From an uncultured Candidatus Saccharibacteria bacterium (lineage in GTDB: Bacteria > Patescibacteriota > Minisyncoccia > Phycocordibacterales > Phycocordibacteraceae): 53,818 nt of DNA. A model generated the notes under the pieces. It did no database searches. It had not been told where the DNA came from and worked only from the letters and a program-made list of their open reading frames with translations. The stretch lies in the NCBI GenBank assembly GCA_964402535.1, contig CAYOCH010000004.1:1-53818 (forward strand), given 5' to 3'. Shown here piece after piece: positions 17,092-27,004 of this stretch (position 1 is the stretch's first letter; the number at the start of each line of letters is the position of its first letter). The position numbers were made by a program, and so were the translations under genes.

Positions 17092-18083
17092 AGCTTCTCA
17101 TTGTCACTCAAGCCGTCGACACTGAGCATCCGGTGCTCGGCTTCTTCACGCGCTGGATCGAGGAGCTCGCAAAGCGTGTAGAGAGCGTCGAGGTGATCTG
17201 CCTCCAAGAAGGGAAACATGCGTTCCCCAAGAACGTGCGCGTCTACTCGCTCGGCAAGGAGCGCGGCAACGCGAGTCGCGTGATATACGCACTGCGATTC
17301 CTTTCACTCGCGTGGCGCCTGCGTCACGACTACGACGCGGTGTTCGTGCACATGAATCAGGAGTACGTGCTGATCGCCGGTTGGCTCTGGAAGATTCTCG
17401 GCAAGCGCGTGTATCTCTGGCGCAATCACTATGCCGGGTCGCGCTGGACGGATATCGCGGCCGCATTTTGCACGAGAGTATTCTGCACCTCCAAGCGCTC
17501 CTACACCGCCCGCTTTAAGAAGACGAAGCTCATGCCGGTCGGCGTCGACACCGAGCGCTTCCATCCCGGCGGCGCGCACAAGCATCACTCGATCCTATTC
17601 TTGGCGCGCATGGCGCCCTCCAAACGGCCGGATATCCTGCTCGACGCGCTCGCGATGCTCGCCGAAGAGAAGGTCGCGTTCACGGCGACGTTCGTCGGCT
17701 CGCCGTCGAAGGCGGACGAACCGTACTATGCGGGGCTCAAGGCACGCGCAACAACGCTCGGCTTCGCCGATGCGATCAGCTTCAAGAGCGCGGTGCCGAA
17801 CCATGAGACTCCGGAGCTCTACCGGTCGCACGAGATATTCGTGAACACCTCGCCCTCGGGCATGCTCGACAAGACGATCTTCGAGGCAGCCGCTTGCGGC
17901 TGCACGGTCTTCGCTGCGAGCGCCGACTTCGCTGAGTTTGCGGGCGAAGACCGGCATTTCGATACCGCAACCGAGCTCGCCGAGCTCTTGCGTGGCGCGC
18001 TCGGACACTCGCACGGTGGTGTCGATGTGTCGGCGCACAGCCTGACCGCGCTCGCCGGCGCGCTTGTAAAGCAGATGTCATGA
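17088..18083 (+). CDS. Glycosyltransferase, GT4-like
   Basis: ILFLARMAPSKRPDILLDAL...VNTSPSGMLDKTIFEAAACGCTVFAAS. 4-nt overlap. Confidence 0.7.
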   Translation: MKLLIVTQAVDTEHPVLGFFTRWIEELAKRVESVEVICLQEGKHAFPKNVRVYSLGKERGNASRVIYALRFLSLAWRLRHDYDAVFVHMNQEYVLIAGWLWKILGKRVYLWRNHYAGSRWTDIAAAFCTRVFCTSKRSYTARFKKTKLMPVGVDTERFHPGGAHKHHSILFLARMAPSKRPDILLDALAMLAEEKVAFTATFVGSPSKADEPYYAGLKARATTLGFADAISFKSAVPNHETPELYRSHEIFVNTSPSGMLDKTIFEAAACGCTVFAASADFAEFAGEDRHFDTATELAELLRGALGHSHGGVDVSAHSLTALAGALVKQMS

Positions 18084-18886
18084 CAGAGAAGATCCCGTGC
18101 ACCATAGCGATCCTCACGAAGAACTCGGCAACAACTTTGCCACGGGCGCTCGAGAGCGTACGGGAGTTCGCTGACATCGTAGTTTGTGATGGGGGCTCCA
18201 CGGATGCGACGCACGCAATCGCCGCCGAGCACGGCGCGCGCATCATCGCCCAAGATACGACCTACTTGCGACCAGACGGTTATATCCGCGATTTCAGCGG
18301 CGTGCGGAATCAGACGCTCGAGGCAGCCCGCGAGCCGTGGTTCTTCTTTCTCGATTCGGACGAATATCTAAGCTCGGAGATCGTTGATGAGATGCGACAT
18401 GTTATCAGTCAGGGGAGCAAGGGTGCGTATTGGGTGCCGCGCAAGTACGTGCTTCATGGTAAAGTCATCGACTGCGCGACGACCTACCCGAACTACTCGA
18501 TGCGGTTCTTCGCGAAATCGTCTGTCGAAAGGTTCATAAAGGAAGTTCACGAACGGATCAAGGTGAAGGATGGCGTCGAACCCGGGCACTTGTTGCATGC
18601 GCTTCTCGTGCCCGTCGATCCCGTCATGCGCAACAGCTGGGCGAAGGATCGCCGCTACATTGCGATCGAGGTCGTGCGCTCACGGGAACGTACGACGCTT
18701 GATTTGCTGCGTGGGTCGCTCCATACCTGGGGTGTATCCGGGCTATATTTGATCCGCCTCATCCGGTGCCTGCTGTTCTGTCGCGGCACGCGTATGCCGA
18801 TACTCCTAGAGCTCGACCGGCACTGGTATCACGTCAAGCTCGAGTGGGCGATCTGGCGCGATAGGATCGGTCGCATGTTCGCATGA
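18080..18886 (+). CDS. Glycosyltransferase, GT2 family
   Basis: CTIAILTKNSATTLPRALESV...VVCDGGSTDAT...FFFLDSDEYL (DxD). 4-nt overlap. Confidence 0.8.
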   Translation: MTEKIPCTIAILTKNSATTLPRALESVREFADIVVCDGGSTDATHAIAAEHGARIIAQDTTYLRPDGYIRDFSGVRNQTLEAAREPWFFFLDSDEYLSSEIVDEMRHVISQGSKGAYWVPRKYVLHGKVIDCATTYPNYSMRFFAKSSVERFIKEVHERIKVKDGVEPGHLLHALLVPVDPVMRNSWAKDRRYIAIEVVRSRERTTLDLLRGSLHTWGVSGLYLIRLIRCLLFCRGTRMPILLELDRHWYHVKLEWAIWRDRIGRMFA

Positions 18887-19986
18887 AAGTCCTCATCTAT
18901 TTTTCTGGGAAGTTGAACGAACCGAAAGGGACGCCGATCCGGACGCACAACATGCTTGCGCAGCTTGCCGCCGGAGGGTTCGAGGTCTTCTATGCGGGTC
19001 ACGACGATCCGGCTGGGATGGATGCGTCGCATATCCTCTCTCTCGCCTCGCCAGTCGTACGTGTTGCACAGCTCATACGCTTCGTTCGAGAAAACAGGAT
19101 TGATATCGTCTATTTTCAGACGAGTGCCGGCCTCTACTTTGCCGTCGCTCTACGTTTGTTCACGCGAGCGAAGATCGGCATCGACTTCCATAGCCGCCGC
19201 TATCAGGAGGAGCACGCCTATCACGACCGCACAGCCGTGGTGACAGAGTTCCTTGAGTTCACAGAACGGCTCGCATGCCGGCTCCTCCACTTCGGCACGT
19301 CGGTCTCATACAAGCTGCAGGAGTACTACGGCGCCGTCGTCCCCGCATTCCTCGTCTTACCGGTCGGTGTCGACACGGTGCTCTTCTCTCCATCGATCGA
19401 AGCGCTGCCGTCCGTCCTCGCATGGAAAGGGAGCGCGGTTGTCATCGGATATGCGGGCAACGCTAAGTGGTATCAAGGCGTCGGGACGATTCTCGAGGCG
19501 TTCCGTTCGTGCGAAGAACAGCATCCGGGTGCCTTCAAGCTCCTGATAGTGAGCAGCTCTGCGACGGACGAGCTGCGCGAATATGCGAAGAAGCATGGTC
19601 TCGAGCGGCAGGTGATGATCGTCGACAAACAGCCGCATGACGACGTGCCGAAGTTCTTAGCGGCTGCAGATATCCTGACTGTCGTCCGGCCATCGACGCT
19701 CCTGACCGAATACGCGTTCCCTTCGAAACTGTCCGAGTATGCTGCGCTCGGCAAAGCACTCGTCGTCGGCAAAGTGGGCGACGTCGAGCACTATCTCGTG
19801 GACGGACTAAACGCGTGCATCGTCCCGCCGGACGATGCTGCTGCGACCGCGACCGCGTTCGAGAAGCTCTCGGAGCCGCCCTACCGCAACAAATTGTCCC
19901 AGAATGCTCGTGCGCTCGCGCTCTCCGATTTCGACCTCAACGCCGTCGGACGAAAGATGGTACAGTTCCTCCTGTCTCTCAACTGA
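18883..19986 (+). CDS. Glycosyltransferase, GT4/GT1-like (GT-B)
   Basis: VIGYAGNAKWYQGVGTILEAF...FPSKLSEYAALGKALVVGKVGDVEHYLVDG. 4-nt overlap. Confidence 0.7.
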   Translation: MKVLIYFSGKLNEPKGTPIRTHNMLAQLAAGGFEVFYAGHDDPAGMDASHILSLASPVVRVAQLIRFVRENRIDIVYFQTSAGLYFAVALRLFTRAKIGIDFHSRRYQEEHAYHDRTAVVTEFLEFTERLACRLLHFGTSVSYKLQEYYGAVVPAFLVLPVGVDTVLFSPSIEALPSVLAWKGSAVVIGYAGNAKWYQGVGTILEAFRSCEEQHPGAFKLLIVSSSATDELREYAKKHGLERQVMIVDKQPHDDVPKFLAAADILTVVRPSTLLTEYAFPSKLSEYAALGKALVVGKVGDVEHYLVDGLNACIVPPDDAAATATAFEKLSEPPYRNKLSQNARALALSDFDLNAVGRKMVQFLLSLN

Positions 19987-19988
19987 TC

Positions 19989-20819
19989 ATGGAACAGGAA
20001 ACCGATGCATATGTCTCGATGTGGGAAGCGTTCGCAAAACGCAAGTCCGGCTCGTATCTCCGCGACAAATACTCGCTCGACAATATCGTCGGGCTTGTCG
20101 GCATGGCGCGTGAGCACCAGATTCTGCGTCTCCTCGACCTGAAGAAGGACGACGCATTGATAGATGTCGGGTGTGCGTCCGGACACCAGGTATTCTCCGC
20201 GGCATCGCGTGTCGCGCGCGCGGTTGGCGTCGACGTCGCAGAGAACTTTATCCAGACTGCGAAAGAGTTTGCGGTGGAGCATTACGTGTCGAACGTCGAA
20301 TTCTTGCAGACGGACGGCGACGCCATACCATTCCCCGATCAGACCTTCACGAAAGCGATCTGCTCTGAAGTGATCGAGCACCTCATCGACCCGTTGCCGC
20401 TTCTCACAGAGATCAAGCGTGTGATGAAGCCGGGCGGGGTCGTCGTCTTCACTGTCCCGAACCTCAATTCCCGCGGGACCCTCTGGCAACGCATGCGGTA
20501 CGGGTTTAAGGAACCGCCGTTTACGCCCATGACCGAATTCTCGATGAATGCGCTCACGTCGCACGGCGACGCTCACGTGCGGCAGTTTACGCTCAAGACA
20601 TTCGCGGATGTGATCCGCAGCGCCGGACTCGTCCCGGAGTACGTCGGAGGTGCGGGGTATATCGACGGACCGTACAGCGGACGGGCCATCAGCATCACGA
20701 ACAGGTTCGCCTTCTTCCGGTGGCTGACATTTGCGATAGAGCGCGGCCTCCCTCAGGTGCCGCTTTTCAAGGCACTAAGCCGCCACGTCGTCCTCAAGGC
20801 ACGTGTGCCGTCCTTGTAA
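19989..20819 (+). CDS. Class I SAM-dependent methyltransferase (276 aa)
   Basis: SAM motif I LIDVGCASGHQV and motif post-II VMKPGGVVVFTVPN. Start taken at ATG 19989, 2 nt after the previous stop. The track start 19815 would overlap the upstream GT by 172 nt. Confidence 0.8.
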   Translation: MEQETDAYVSMWEAFAKRKSGSYLRDKYSLDNIVGLVGMAREHQILRLLDLKKDDALIDVGCASGHQVFSAASRVARAVGVDVAENFIQTAKEFAVEHYVSNVEFLQTDGDAIPFPDQTFTKAICSEVIEHLIDPLPLLTEIKRVMKPGGVVVFTVPNLNSRGTLWQRMRYGFKEPPFTPMTEFSMNALTSHGDAHVRQFTLKTFADVIRSAGLVPEYVGGAGYIDGPYSGRAISITNRFAFFRWLTFAIERGLPQVPLFKALSRHVVLKARVPSL

Positions 20820-20850
20820 CCCCCTGAGGGCTTTGCTAGTTTAAAGAAAT

Positions 20851-21906
20851 ATGGCACAAAAAGACCCGTTTTCCCGGTATGCCGCGAAGATCCGCGGTAA
20901 GACTATTCTCATCACTGGCGGTACCGGCTCGTTCGGCTCGACGGTGACAGAGACGCTGTTGCGCCTTAACCCGAAGAAGGTGATCGTCTTCAGTCGCGAC
21001 GAGAAGAAACAGTTCGACCTCGGCAACCGGCTGAACGACAAACGCGTCGCGTTCGTGATCGGCGACGTGCGTGATCGCGAGACCGTCGACCACGCGATGG
21101 CAGGCGTCGACTACGTCTTTCATGCCGCAGCGCTGAAGCAGGTCCCGACAGGCGAATTCTTCCCGATCGAGCTCGTCAAGACGAACGTCATGGGAAGTCA
21201 CAACGTCATCCATAGCGCCATCGACCACGGCGTGAAGCGCGTCGTCATCCTCTCGACCGACAAAGCCTGTCAGCCGATCAACGTCATGGGCATGTCGAAG
21301 GCGCTCATGGAGCGTGTGATGATTGCGGCAGCGCGCCGCGGTGATGGCAAGACAGTCGTTTGTGGCACGCGCTACGGCAATGTGTTATACACGCGCGCTT
21401 CGGTCGTGCCGTATCTCATCGAACGCATCAAGGCAGGGAAGACCATTACTGTCACCGACCCGCGCATGACGCGCTTCGTCATGACGCTTACCGAATCGAT
21501 CGACCTCGTTCTTTTCGCTCTCACGAGCGGTCAGCCCGGCGAGATCTACGTGCGCAAGGCGCCGGCCTCGACGGTCGGGGATCTGGCGGCCGCCGTCGCG
21601 GAGCTCTTCGGCTACAAGAAGCCGATCGAGACGATCGGAATCCGCCCGGGAGAGAAGATCGACGAATTCCTCATCTCTCGAGAAGAGCGCATGCGCGTCG
21701 CTGATCGAGGCGACTACTACAGTATCCACCCCGAAACGCTCGGCGAAGACTATCGCGAGTATTACTTCAAGGGTCACAAGCAGGCGACGATCCCCGACGA
21801 GGGCTACGGTTCCGGCAACACGAAGCGTCTGTCTCGCGCACAGGTGAAGGAACTCTTGCTCTCGCTGCCGGAGTTCGAGGCTGAACTCGCGGCTTATCGC
21901 AGATGA
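20851..21906 (+). CDS. UDP-N-acetylglucosamine 4,6-dehydratase/5-epimerase, CapE/FnlA/WbjB-like
   Basis: ILITGGTGSFGSTV. The M-x3-K catalytic variant (MGMSKALMERV) typical of CapE/FnlA occurs in place of Y-x3-K. Followed by CapF- and CapG-like genes. Confidence 0.75.
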   Translation: MAQKDPFSRYAAKIRGKTILITGGTGSFGSTVTETLLRLNPKKVIVFSRDEKKQFDLGNRLNDKRVAFVIGDVRDRETVDHAMAGVDYVFHAAALKQVPTGEFFPIELVKTNVMGSHNVIHSAIDHGVKRVVILSTDKACQPINVMGMSKALMERVMIAAARRGDGKTVVCGTRYGNVLYTRASVVPYLIERIKAGKTITVTDPRMTRFVMTLTESIDLVLFALTSGQPGEIYVRKAPASTVGDLAAAVAELFGYKKPIETIGIRPGEKIDEFLISREERMRVADRGDYYSIHPETLGEDYREYYFKGHKQATIPDEGYGSGNTKRLSRAQVKELLLSLPEFEAELAAYRR

Positions 21907-23012
21907 AGAACATCGTCATCACCGGAGCGGAAGGGTTCATCGGCGCGCATGCCCGATACTTCTTTCACGAGCTGGAGCGTCAAGGCGTCGCGCGTGCGAT
22001 CCCGCTTGACCATGCAGCGTTCAATGACGATGCGATTCTCGCTGCCGCGCTCGCCAACGCTGATGCCGTCTTCCATCTCGCAGGAGTGAATCGCGGGAGC
22101 GACGAGGACGTCGAGCAGGAGAATGTGAAGATAATGCGACGTCTTCTCGCTGCAGCAGAGCGTGCCGGGGTCGCACCGCGCATCGTTTTCGCATCGTCGG
22201 TGCACGAGACGCGCGACACGCCCTACGGCCGCGGCAAGAGGAAGGCCGGAGGGCTACTCGACGTATTTGCGGCGAAACATGCGTCGCGCGCAACGACATT
22301 CGTATTTCCGCATGTCTTCGGCGAGTTCGCGCGACCGAACTACAACTCCGCAGTCGCGACGTTCTGTGCCGATCTCGCGTCCGACAAGACCTCCGAGGTG
22401 CACGCCGAAGGGAACGTAGAGCTGCTCTATGTGCGCGATGCGATCGCACGGATGTGGGAGGCAGTCGAGCAAGGCACGACAGGATCAGTACGCGTCGCGG
22501 GGACACCCTTCGCGGTACCTGATCTATACGCGCTCCTCACCACGTACCGTGATTCGTATAAGGAGGGGACGCATCCATCGATCGCTTCTCGGCTCGAGCT
22601 GCACCTGTTCAATACGCTCCATTCGGTGATGTTCGACGCCGTATTCCCACTCACGCTTGCTCCGAAGGCAGATGAACGCGGCACGCTTTACGAGCTGGTC
22701 CGGAGCGGGCACGCGGACCAGGTATTCTTCTCGACGACGAAGCCGGGCAAGAGCCGCGGCAACCACTATCACACGCGCAAAATGGAGCGCTTTTGCGTCA
22801 TCGAGGGCGAAGGTGAGATCGTGATCCGTCGCCTGCTCGATGGCGCGGTGAAGACGTACGCCGTGTCTGGTGCCTCGCCGGTTGCGATCGACATGCCGAC
22901 GTACCACACGCACGCGCTCAAGAATGTCGGCGACAAGGATCTCCGCGCCATCTTCTGGATCAGCGAGCAGTACGACCCGAACGATCCGGATACGTATTCG
23001 GAAGCCGTATAA
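21903..23012 (+). CDS. CapF/FnlB/WbjC-like bifunctional reductase/epimerase (N-terminal SDR plus C-terminal cupin, 369 aa)
   Basis: IVITGAEGFIGAH at the N-terminus. Cupin-like C-terminus GKSRGNHYHTRKMERFCVIEGEGEIVIR...MPTYHTHALKNVG. Position between the CapE- and CapG-like genes. Confidence 0.7.
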   Translation: MKNIVITGAEGFIGAHARYFFHELERQGVARAIPLDHAAFNDDAILAAALANADAVFHLAGVNRGSDEDVEQENVKIMRRLLAAAERAGVAPRIVFASSVHETRDTPYGRGKRKAGGLLDVFAAKHASRATTFVFPHVFGEFARPNYNSAVATFCADLASDKTSEVHAEGNVELLYVRDAIARMWEAVEQGTTGSVRVAGTPFAVPDLYALLTTYRDSYKEGTHPSIASRLELHLFNTLHSVMFDAVFPLTLAPKADERGTLYELVRSGHADQVFFSTTKPGKSRGNHYHTRKMERFCVIEGEGEIVIRRLLDGAVKTYAVSGASPVAIDMPTYHTHALKNVGDKDLRAIFWISEQYDPNDPDTYSEAV

Positions 23013-23013
23013 T
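23008..23013 (+). promoter_or_regulatory. Consensus -10 hexamer TATAAT spanning the CapF-like stop, 6 nt before ATG 23020
   Basis: gTATAAT-caacgt-ATG. Confidence 0.4.
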
Positions 23014-23019
23014 CAACGT

Positions 23020-24159
23020 ATGGCTGACTCTGAAAAAACCAAGGTGCTCACGATCGTCGGTACGCGGCCCGAGATCATCAGGCTCTCTGAGGTGATCAAA
23101 GAGCTCGATAAGCGTATCGATCACGTGCTCGTCCATACGGGACAGAACTATGACTACGAATTGAGCGAGGTGTTCTTCAAGGATCTGGGGCTGCGCAAGC
23201 CGGATCACTTCCTCGGTGCGGCGGGCAACTCTGCGGTCGAGACGATCGCGGCGATCCTCGTGAAAATCGACGACGTGCTCGCTAAGGAGCAACCGGATGC
23301 GGTGCTCGTGCTCGGAGATACCAATTCAGCGCTCGCGGTCTACGCCGCGAAGCGGCGCAAGATCCCCGTCTTCCATATGGAGGCCGGCAACCGCTGCTTC
23401 GACGAGCGCGTCCCTGAAGAGATCAATCGGCGGGTCGTCGACAGCCTCTCCGACATCAATCTCGTGTACAGCGAGCGCGCCCGAGAGCACCTCGTGCGCG
23501 AAGCGTTCCCATCGGACCGGATCATCAAGACCGGCTCACCGATGTTCGAGGTATTGTCGGCGCATCGCGATCAGATCGATTCATCCGACGTGCTGAAGCG
23601 GCTCGGCGTCGAGAATGGGCGCTATCTGGTTGCGAGCTTCCATCGCGAGGAGAATGTCGGGACAGAAGAGGATGCGCGGCGGATCGCGAAGATCCTCGAG
23701 CTGGTGACTGAGCAGTTCGGCCTCCCGGTCATCTTGTCGACGCACCCGCGCACCGCAAAGATGTTCGCGACGGCGGGGATAGAGCTGCCCGCATCGGTGA
23801 CCGCGATGAAACCGCTCGGCTTCATCGACTATGTGCATCTCCAATCGCATGCCGCCTGCGTGCTCTCAGACAGCGGTACGATCAATGAAGAATCGTCCAT
23901 CTTGGGATTTCCGGCGGTGAATGTTCGCGAGTCGCACGAACGGCCCGAGGCATCTGACGAGGCAGTGACCACCCTGACGGGTCGTGAGCCGGAGCGTGTC
24001 GTCGAGGCGGTAGCGCTTGCGATGGCGTATGCGAAGGAGGGGAAGCGTCCCGAGCCGGTCGCTGACTACATGAGCCCTGATGTCTCGATGAAAGTCGTGA
24101 AGACGATCATCGGCTATATCGGCTATGTTCGCCGCCGCGTGTGGCAGCAGCATGGCTAA
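23020..24159 (+). CDS. UDP-N-acetylglucosamine 2-epimerase (non-hydrolysing), CapG/FnlC/WecB-like
   Basis: KVLTIVGTRPEIIRLSEVI, HTGQNYDYELSEVFF, VLGDTNSAL, HMEAGNRCFDERVPEEINRRVVD. Start taken at ATG 23020, not track start 22870, which lies inside the upstream gene. Confidence 0.85.
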   Translation: MADSEKTKVLTIVGTRPEIIRLSEVIKELDKRIDHVLVHTGQNYDYELSEVFFKDLGLRKPDHFLGAAGNSAVETIAAILVKIDDVLAKEQPDAVLVLGDTNSALAVYAAKRRKIPVFHMEAGNRCFDERVPEEINRRVVDSLSDINLVYSERAREHLVREAFPSDRIIKTGSPMFEVLSAHRDQIDSSDVLKRLGVENGRYLVASFHREENVGTEEDARRIAKILELVTEQFGLPVILSTHPRTAKMFATAGIELPASVTAMKPLGFIDYVHLQSHAACVLSDSGTINEESSILGFPAVNVRESHERPEASDEAVTTLTGREPERVVEAVALAMAYAKEGKRPEPVADYMSPDVSMKVVKTIIGYIGYVRRRVWQQHG

Positions 24160-25108
24160 GTATTGTCTCTATTACGCTGGTCTAGATTCGCCGGACAGCG
24201 TTGAACAGATAGGACTCGCGATTTCTGACGATCTCCGGCAATGGAGCCAGGTTCAGAATAGTCCGGTGATCCCAGTCGGGTCCGCTGGAGCGGCAGATGC
24301 GGCGCAGACGAGCAATCCGTGCGTCATCAAGCGCGACGGCCGCTACCGCATGTGGTACCAAGGCAAGTCTGTCGATGGACGAACGTCTGTCTGTTATGCA
24401 GAATCGCCGGACGGTATCGTTTGGACCGCGGATCATGAACCAGTGCTCTCTCCCGACCAAGCGGAACGTGGGGTGTACCGTGCCGGCTTCCAGCATCCGC
24501 ATGTCGTGTTTGATACCGCGAGAAACGTGTACCGCATGTGGTATGTGCGTCAGACCGAAGAAAAGTCGGTGATCGGCTATGCCGAATCGTCCGACGGCCG
24601 TCATTGGCTGGTGGTGAACGGGAACGTCCTTACTCCGGAGCAGCAGTGGGAAGGTTCGCATGTCTACTATCCGTTCGTACGCGCGCTTGCAGACGACTCC
24701 TACGAACTCTGGTACACCGGTCGCTCGCCGGGTCGGACGTGGCAGACCGGCCGAGCCACATCGAAGGATGGTCTCGTGTGGGCGAAAGATCGCGCAAACC
24801 CGATCCTTCCTCCTACCATGCGCGGCCGACGTGTGCGCCGCATCCTCGATATCATTCTCGGGTCGCTTCGCTTCACTGTTGTGAAATCGCTGAACGGCGT
24901 CGCAAGTCCGTTTTTCTTTGCAGCCGATGGCCGCGAGTTGTTACTGACGCATGACGCCGGCATCCGTGGCCGTCTCTCCATCTCGCTCTATGAACGCAGT
25001 TCGGATGCGTGGCATCTGAAGGAACATGATGTACTCGCATCCGGTGCGCGCCAGTGGGACGCATATTTTCAAGCGGATCCGTTCTTGCTAGATGTCTCAA
25101 CATCATGA
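24152..25108 (+). CDS. Beta-propeller glycoside-hydrolase-like protein (GH43/GH130/DUF377-type repeats)
   Basis: Three blade signatures: YRMWYQGKSVDGRTSVCYAESPDGIVW, YRMWYVRQTEEKSVIGYAESSDGRHW, YELWYTGRSPGRTWQTGRATSKDGLVW. ATG 24125 is an alternative start. Confidence 0.5.
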   Translation: MAKYCLYYAGLDSPDSVEQIGLAISDDLRQWSQVQNSPVIPVGSAGAADAAQTSNPCVIKRDGRYRMWYQGKSVDGRTSVCYAESPDGIVWTADHEPVLSPDQAERGVYRAGFQHPHVVFDTARNVYRMWYVRQTEEKSVIGYAESSDGRHWLVVNGNVLTPEQQWEGSHVYYPFVRALADDSYELWYTGRSPGRTWQTGRATSKDGLVWAKDRANPILPPTMRGRRVRRILDIILGSLRFTVVKSLNGVASPFFFAADGRELLLTHDAGIRGRLSISLYERSSDAWHLKEHDVLASGARQWDAYFQADPFLLDVSTS

Positions 25109-25872
25109 TGGTGAAGGCGACAAGTGATTGGGACGTCCGCTATTCGACCTGTGACATTGAGATTGACTTGCGCTTGTCTGCCGTGCTAGCAGGAAGACTT
25201 GGAGAAGAGACGATTTCTCGGGTCTCCGCACGTCTAAAAAAAGGAGACTCTGTCCTCGAGATCGGGTGCGGGACCGGGCAGTTGTCGGTCGGCCTCGCGC
25301 TCCGGCGTCCTGATGTCCCAGTGTTCGCGGTGGATCGTTCGAGCGGCGCTGTCGAAGCAGCGGAGGCGCTTGCGCGTAAGGCGGGAATCACGATGAATTC
25401 GTGCGTCGCGGCAGCGGAATCTCTGCCATATGCGGATGGATCGTTTAACGTCGTATTCGCGGACCATGTTATCAGCTTCGTCACGGATATAGATGCGGCA
25501 TTCCGAGAGATGAGGAGAGTGCTTGCCCCCGGCGGGTATATTATCGTCGATGCACCCAATGCATTACGCCCGGACGGCTGGCCGCTATATCAGAAAGTAA
25601 CGAAAAAACCATATCAAGAGCGGAATTTTTTCCCATGGGAGCTTGCGGCAGTCTGCAGGCGTCACTCGTTCAACGTTGTCGACACCTTCGGATCATTATT
25701 GTTGTTGCGCCGAGGATGGAAACTGCTGTTATCCAGGACGCTTGCGACTGCAGGCCAACGCTCGTCACCGACGACGGAGGACTATGGAGGCACGAGTCGG
25801 CTCGCTCCGTTAGAGCCATTCGTCCCTTCATGGCTTAAGATTAAGTACGGCGTCATCGCTCAAAAGATATGA
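25105..25872 (+). CDS. Class I SAM-dependent methyltransferase
   Basis: VLEIGCGTGQLSVGLA, FNVVFADHVISFV, LAPGGYIIVDAPN. ATGA overlap with the upstream stop. The track start is 25054. Confidence 0.75.
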   Translation: MMVKATSDWDVRYSTCDIEIDLRLSAVLAGRLGEETISRVSARLKKGDSVLEIGCGTGQLSVGLALRRPDVPVFAVDRSSGAVEAAEALARKAGITMNSCVAAAESLPYADGSFNVVFADHVISFVTDIDAAFREMRRVLAPGGYIIVDAPNALRPDGWPLYQKVTKKPYQERNFFPWELAAVCRRHSFNVVDTFGSLLLLRRGWKLLLSRTLATAGQRSSPTTEDYGGTSRLAPLEPFVPSWLKIKYGVIAQKI

Positions 25873-26987
25873 ATCTCGTCTATGTCGCTAACGCGAGGAT
25901 GCCGACCGAACGCGCGCATGGGATACAGATCGCCCGGATGTGCGAGTCGTTCGCGCGTGCGGGCGCGGCGGTGACGCTCGTCGTCCCGCGTCGTCGCAAT
26001 GACCGCAGCGACGACGTTTTCACGGCGTATGGCGGCGAGCGTAACTTCGCGGTTGAATATCTCCCGACGCTCGAACTGCCGCTCTGGATACCGGGCGCGT
26101 TCAAGCTCCAGACGCTCGCGTTCGCACGATCTGCTGTCCGGTATCTGAAGGCGCTGAGAGAGGAGCCCGATGTCGTCTATACGCGCGGCGAGATGATACT
26201 GCTCTTGTCGCGACTCTTGCCGCAAACCATCCCGCTCGTGTGGGAGACACATATCAAGCCGTCGAATCCGGGTCGGTACCGTGCGGCGGTAGTGCGCGCA
26301 GCGGGCATCGTGGCGATCACGAAATATTTCGCCGCGGAGATACCGACGTTGTGGAGGATAAGCGACAGCAACGTCTTTTATGCACCGGACGGCGTCGCAC
26401 TCGGCGCATTTGCATCTCCCTTGTCGAAGGATGATGCGCGTGCTCGCCTCGGTCTCCCGGAGGACAAACATATTGTTGTGTATACGGGTTCCGACTTGCC
26501 GTGGAAGGGGCTCTCACAGCTGCGTGACGCTGGGGCGAGGTTGCCTGACGGGTTTGTCACGGCGTTCGTCGGCCCGATCGCTGCCAAGGGTGCAGCCTCG
26601 AACCAGCTTTTCCCGGGCATCCGGCCGCATCACGAGATCCCGCTGTGGCTCGCAGCAGCTGACGTCCTTGTCCTCACGGGCGACCCATCCTCAGAGACGG
26701 CTCAGCGATACACGTCGCCGATGAAGCTTTTCGAGTATATGGCGGCTGGGCGGCCGATCGTGGCTGTGGATTTGCCGTCATACCGTGATGTGCTCGACGA
26801 ACAGGTCGCCTATTTCGCACGGCCAAACGATGCGGCAGACTTGGCGGCGGTCATACGGCATGCCGCGGGCGATACTTCGCAGGAGGGGAAGAGCGCCGCG
26901 GCAAAGATGCTCGCCAAGCAGTATTCCTGGGATGCTCGCGCGGCGCGTATCCTCGATTTCATACGGAAGCGGCTCGCTTCTGGATAA
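25869..26987 (+). CDS. Glycosyltransferase, GT4 family
   Basis: N-terminus MNLVYVANARMPTERAHGIQIARMCESFA. C-terminus SPMKLFEYMAAGRPIVAVDLPSYRDVL. 4-nt overlap with the upstream gene. Confidence 0.75.
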   Translation: MNLVYVANARMPTERAHGIQIARMCESFARAGAAVTLVVPRRRNDRSDDVFTAYGGERNFAVEYLPTLELPLWIPGAFKLQTLAFARSAVRYLKALREEPDVVYTRGEMILLLSRLLPQTIPLVWETHIKPSNPGRYRAAVVRAAGIVAITKYFAAEIPTLWRISDSNVFYAPDGVALGAFASPLSKDDARARLGLPEDKHIVVYTGSDLPWKGLSQLRDAGARLPDGFVTAFVGPIAAKGAASNQLFPGIRPHHEIPLWLAAADVLVLTGDPSSETAQRYTSPMKLFEYMAAGRPIVAVDLPSYRDVLDEQVAYFARPNDAADLAAVIRHAAGDTSQEGKSAAAKMLAKQYSWDARAARILDFIRKRLASG

Positions 26988-26989
26988 CG

Positions 26990-26995
26990 TATACT
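26990..26995 (+). promoter_or_regulatory. -10-like hexamer TATACT, 9 nt before ATG 27005
   Basis: TATACT-tcgcctcat-ATG. Confidence 0.35.
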
Positions 26996-27004
26996 TCGCC
27001 TCAT

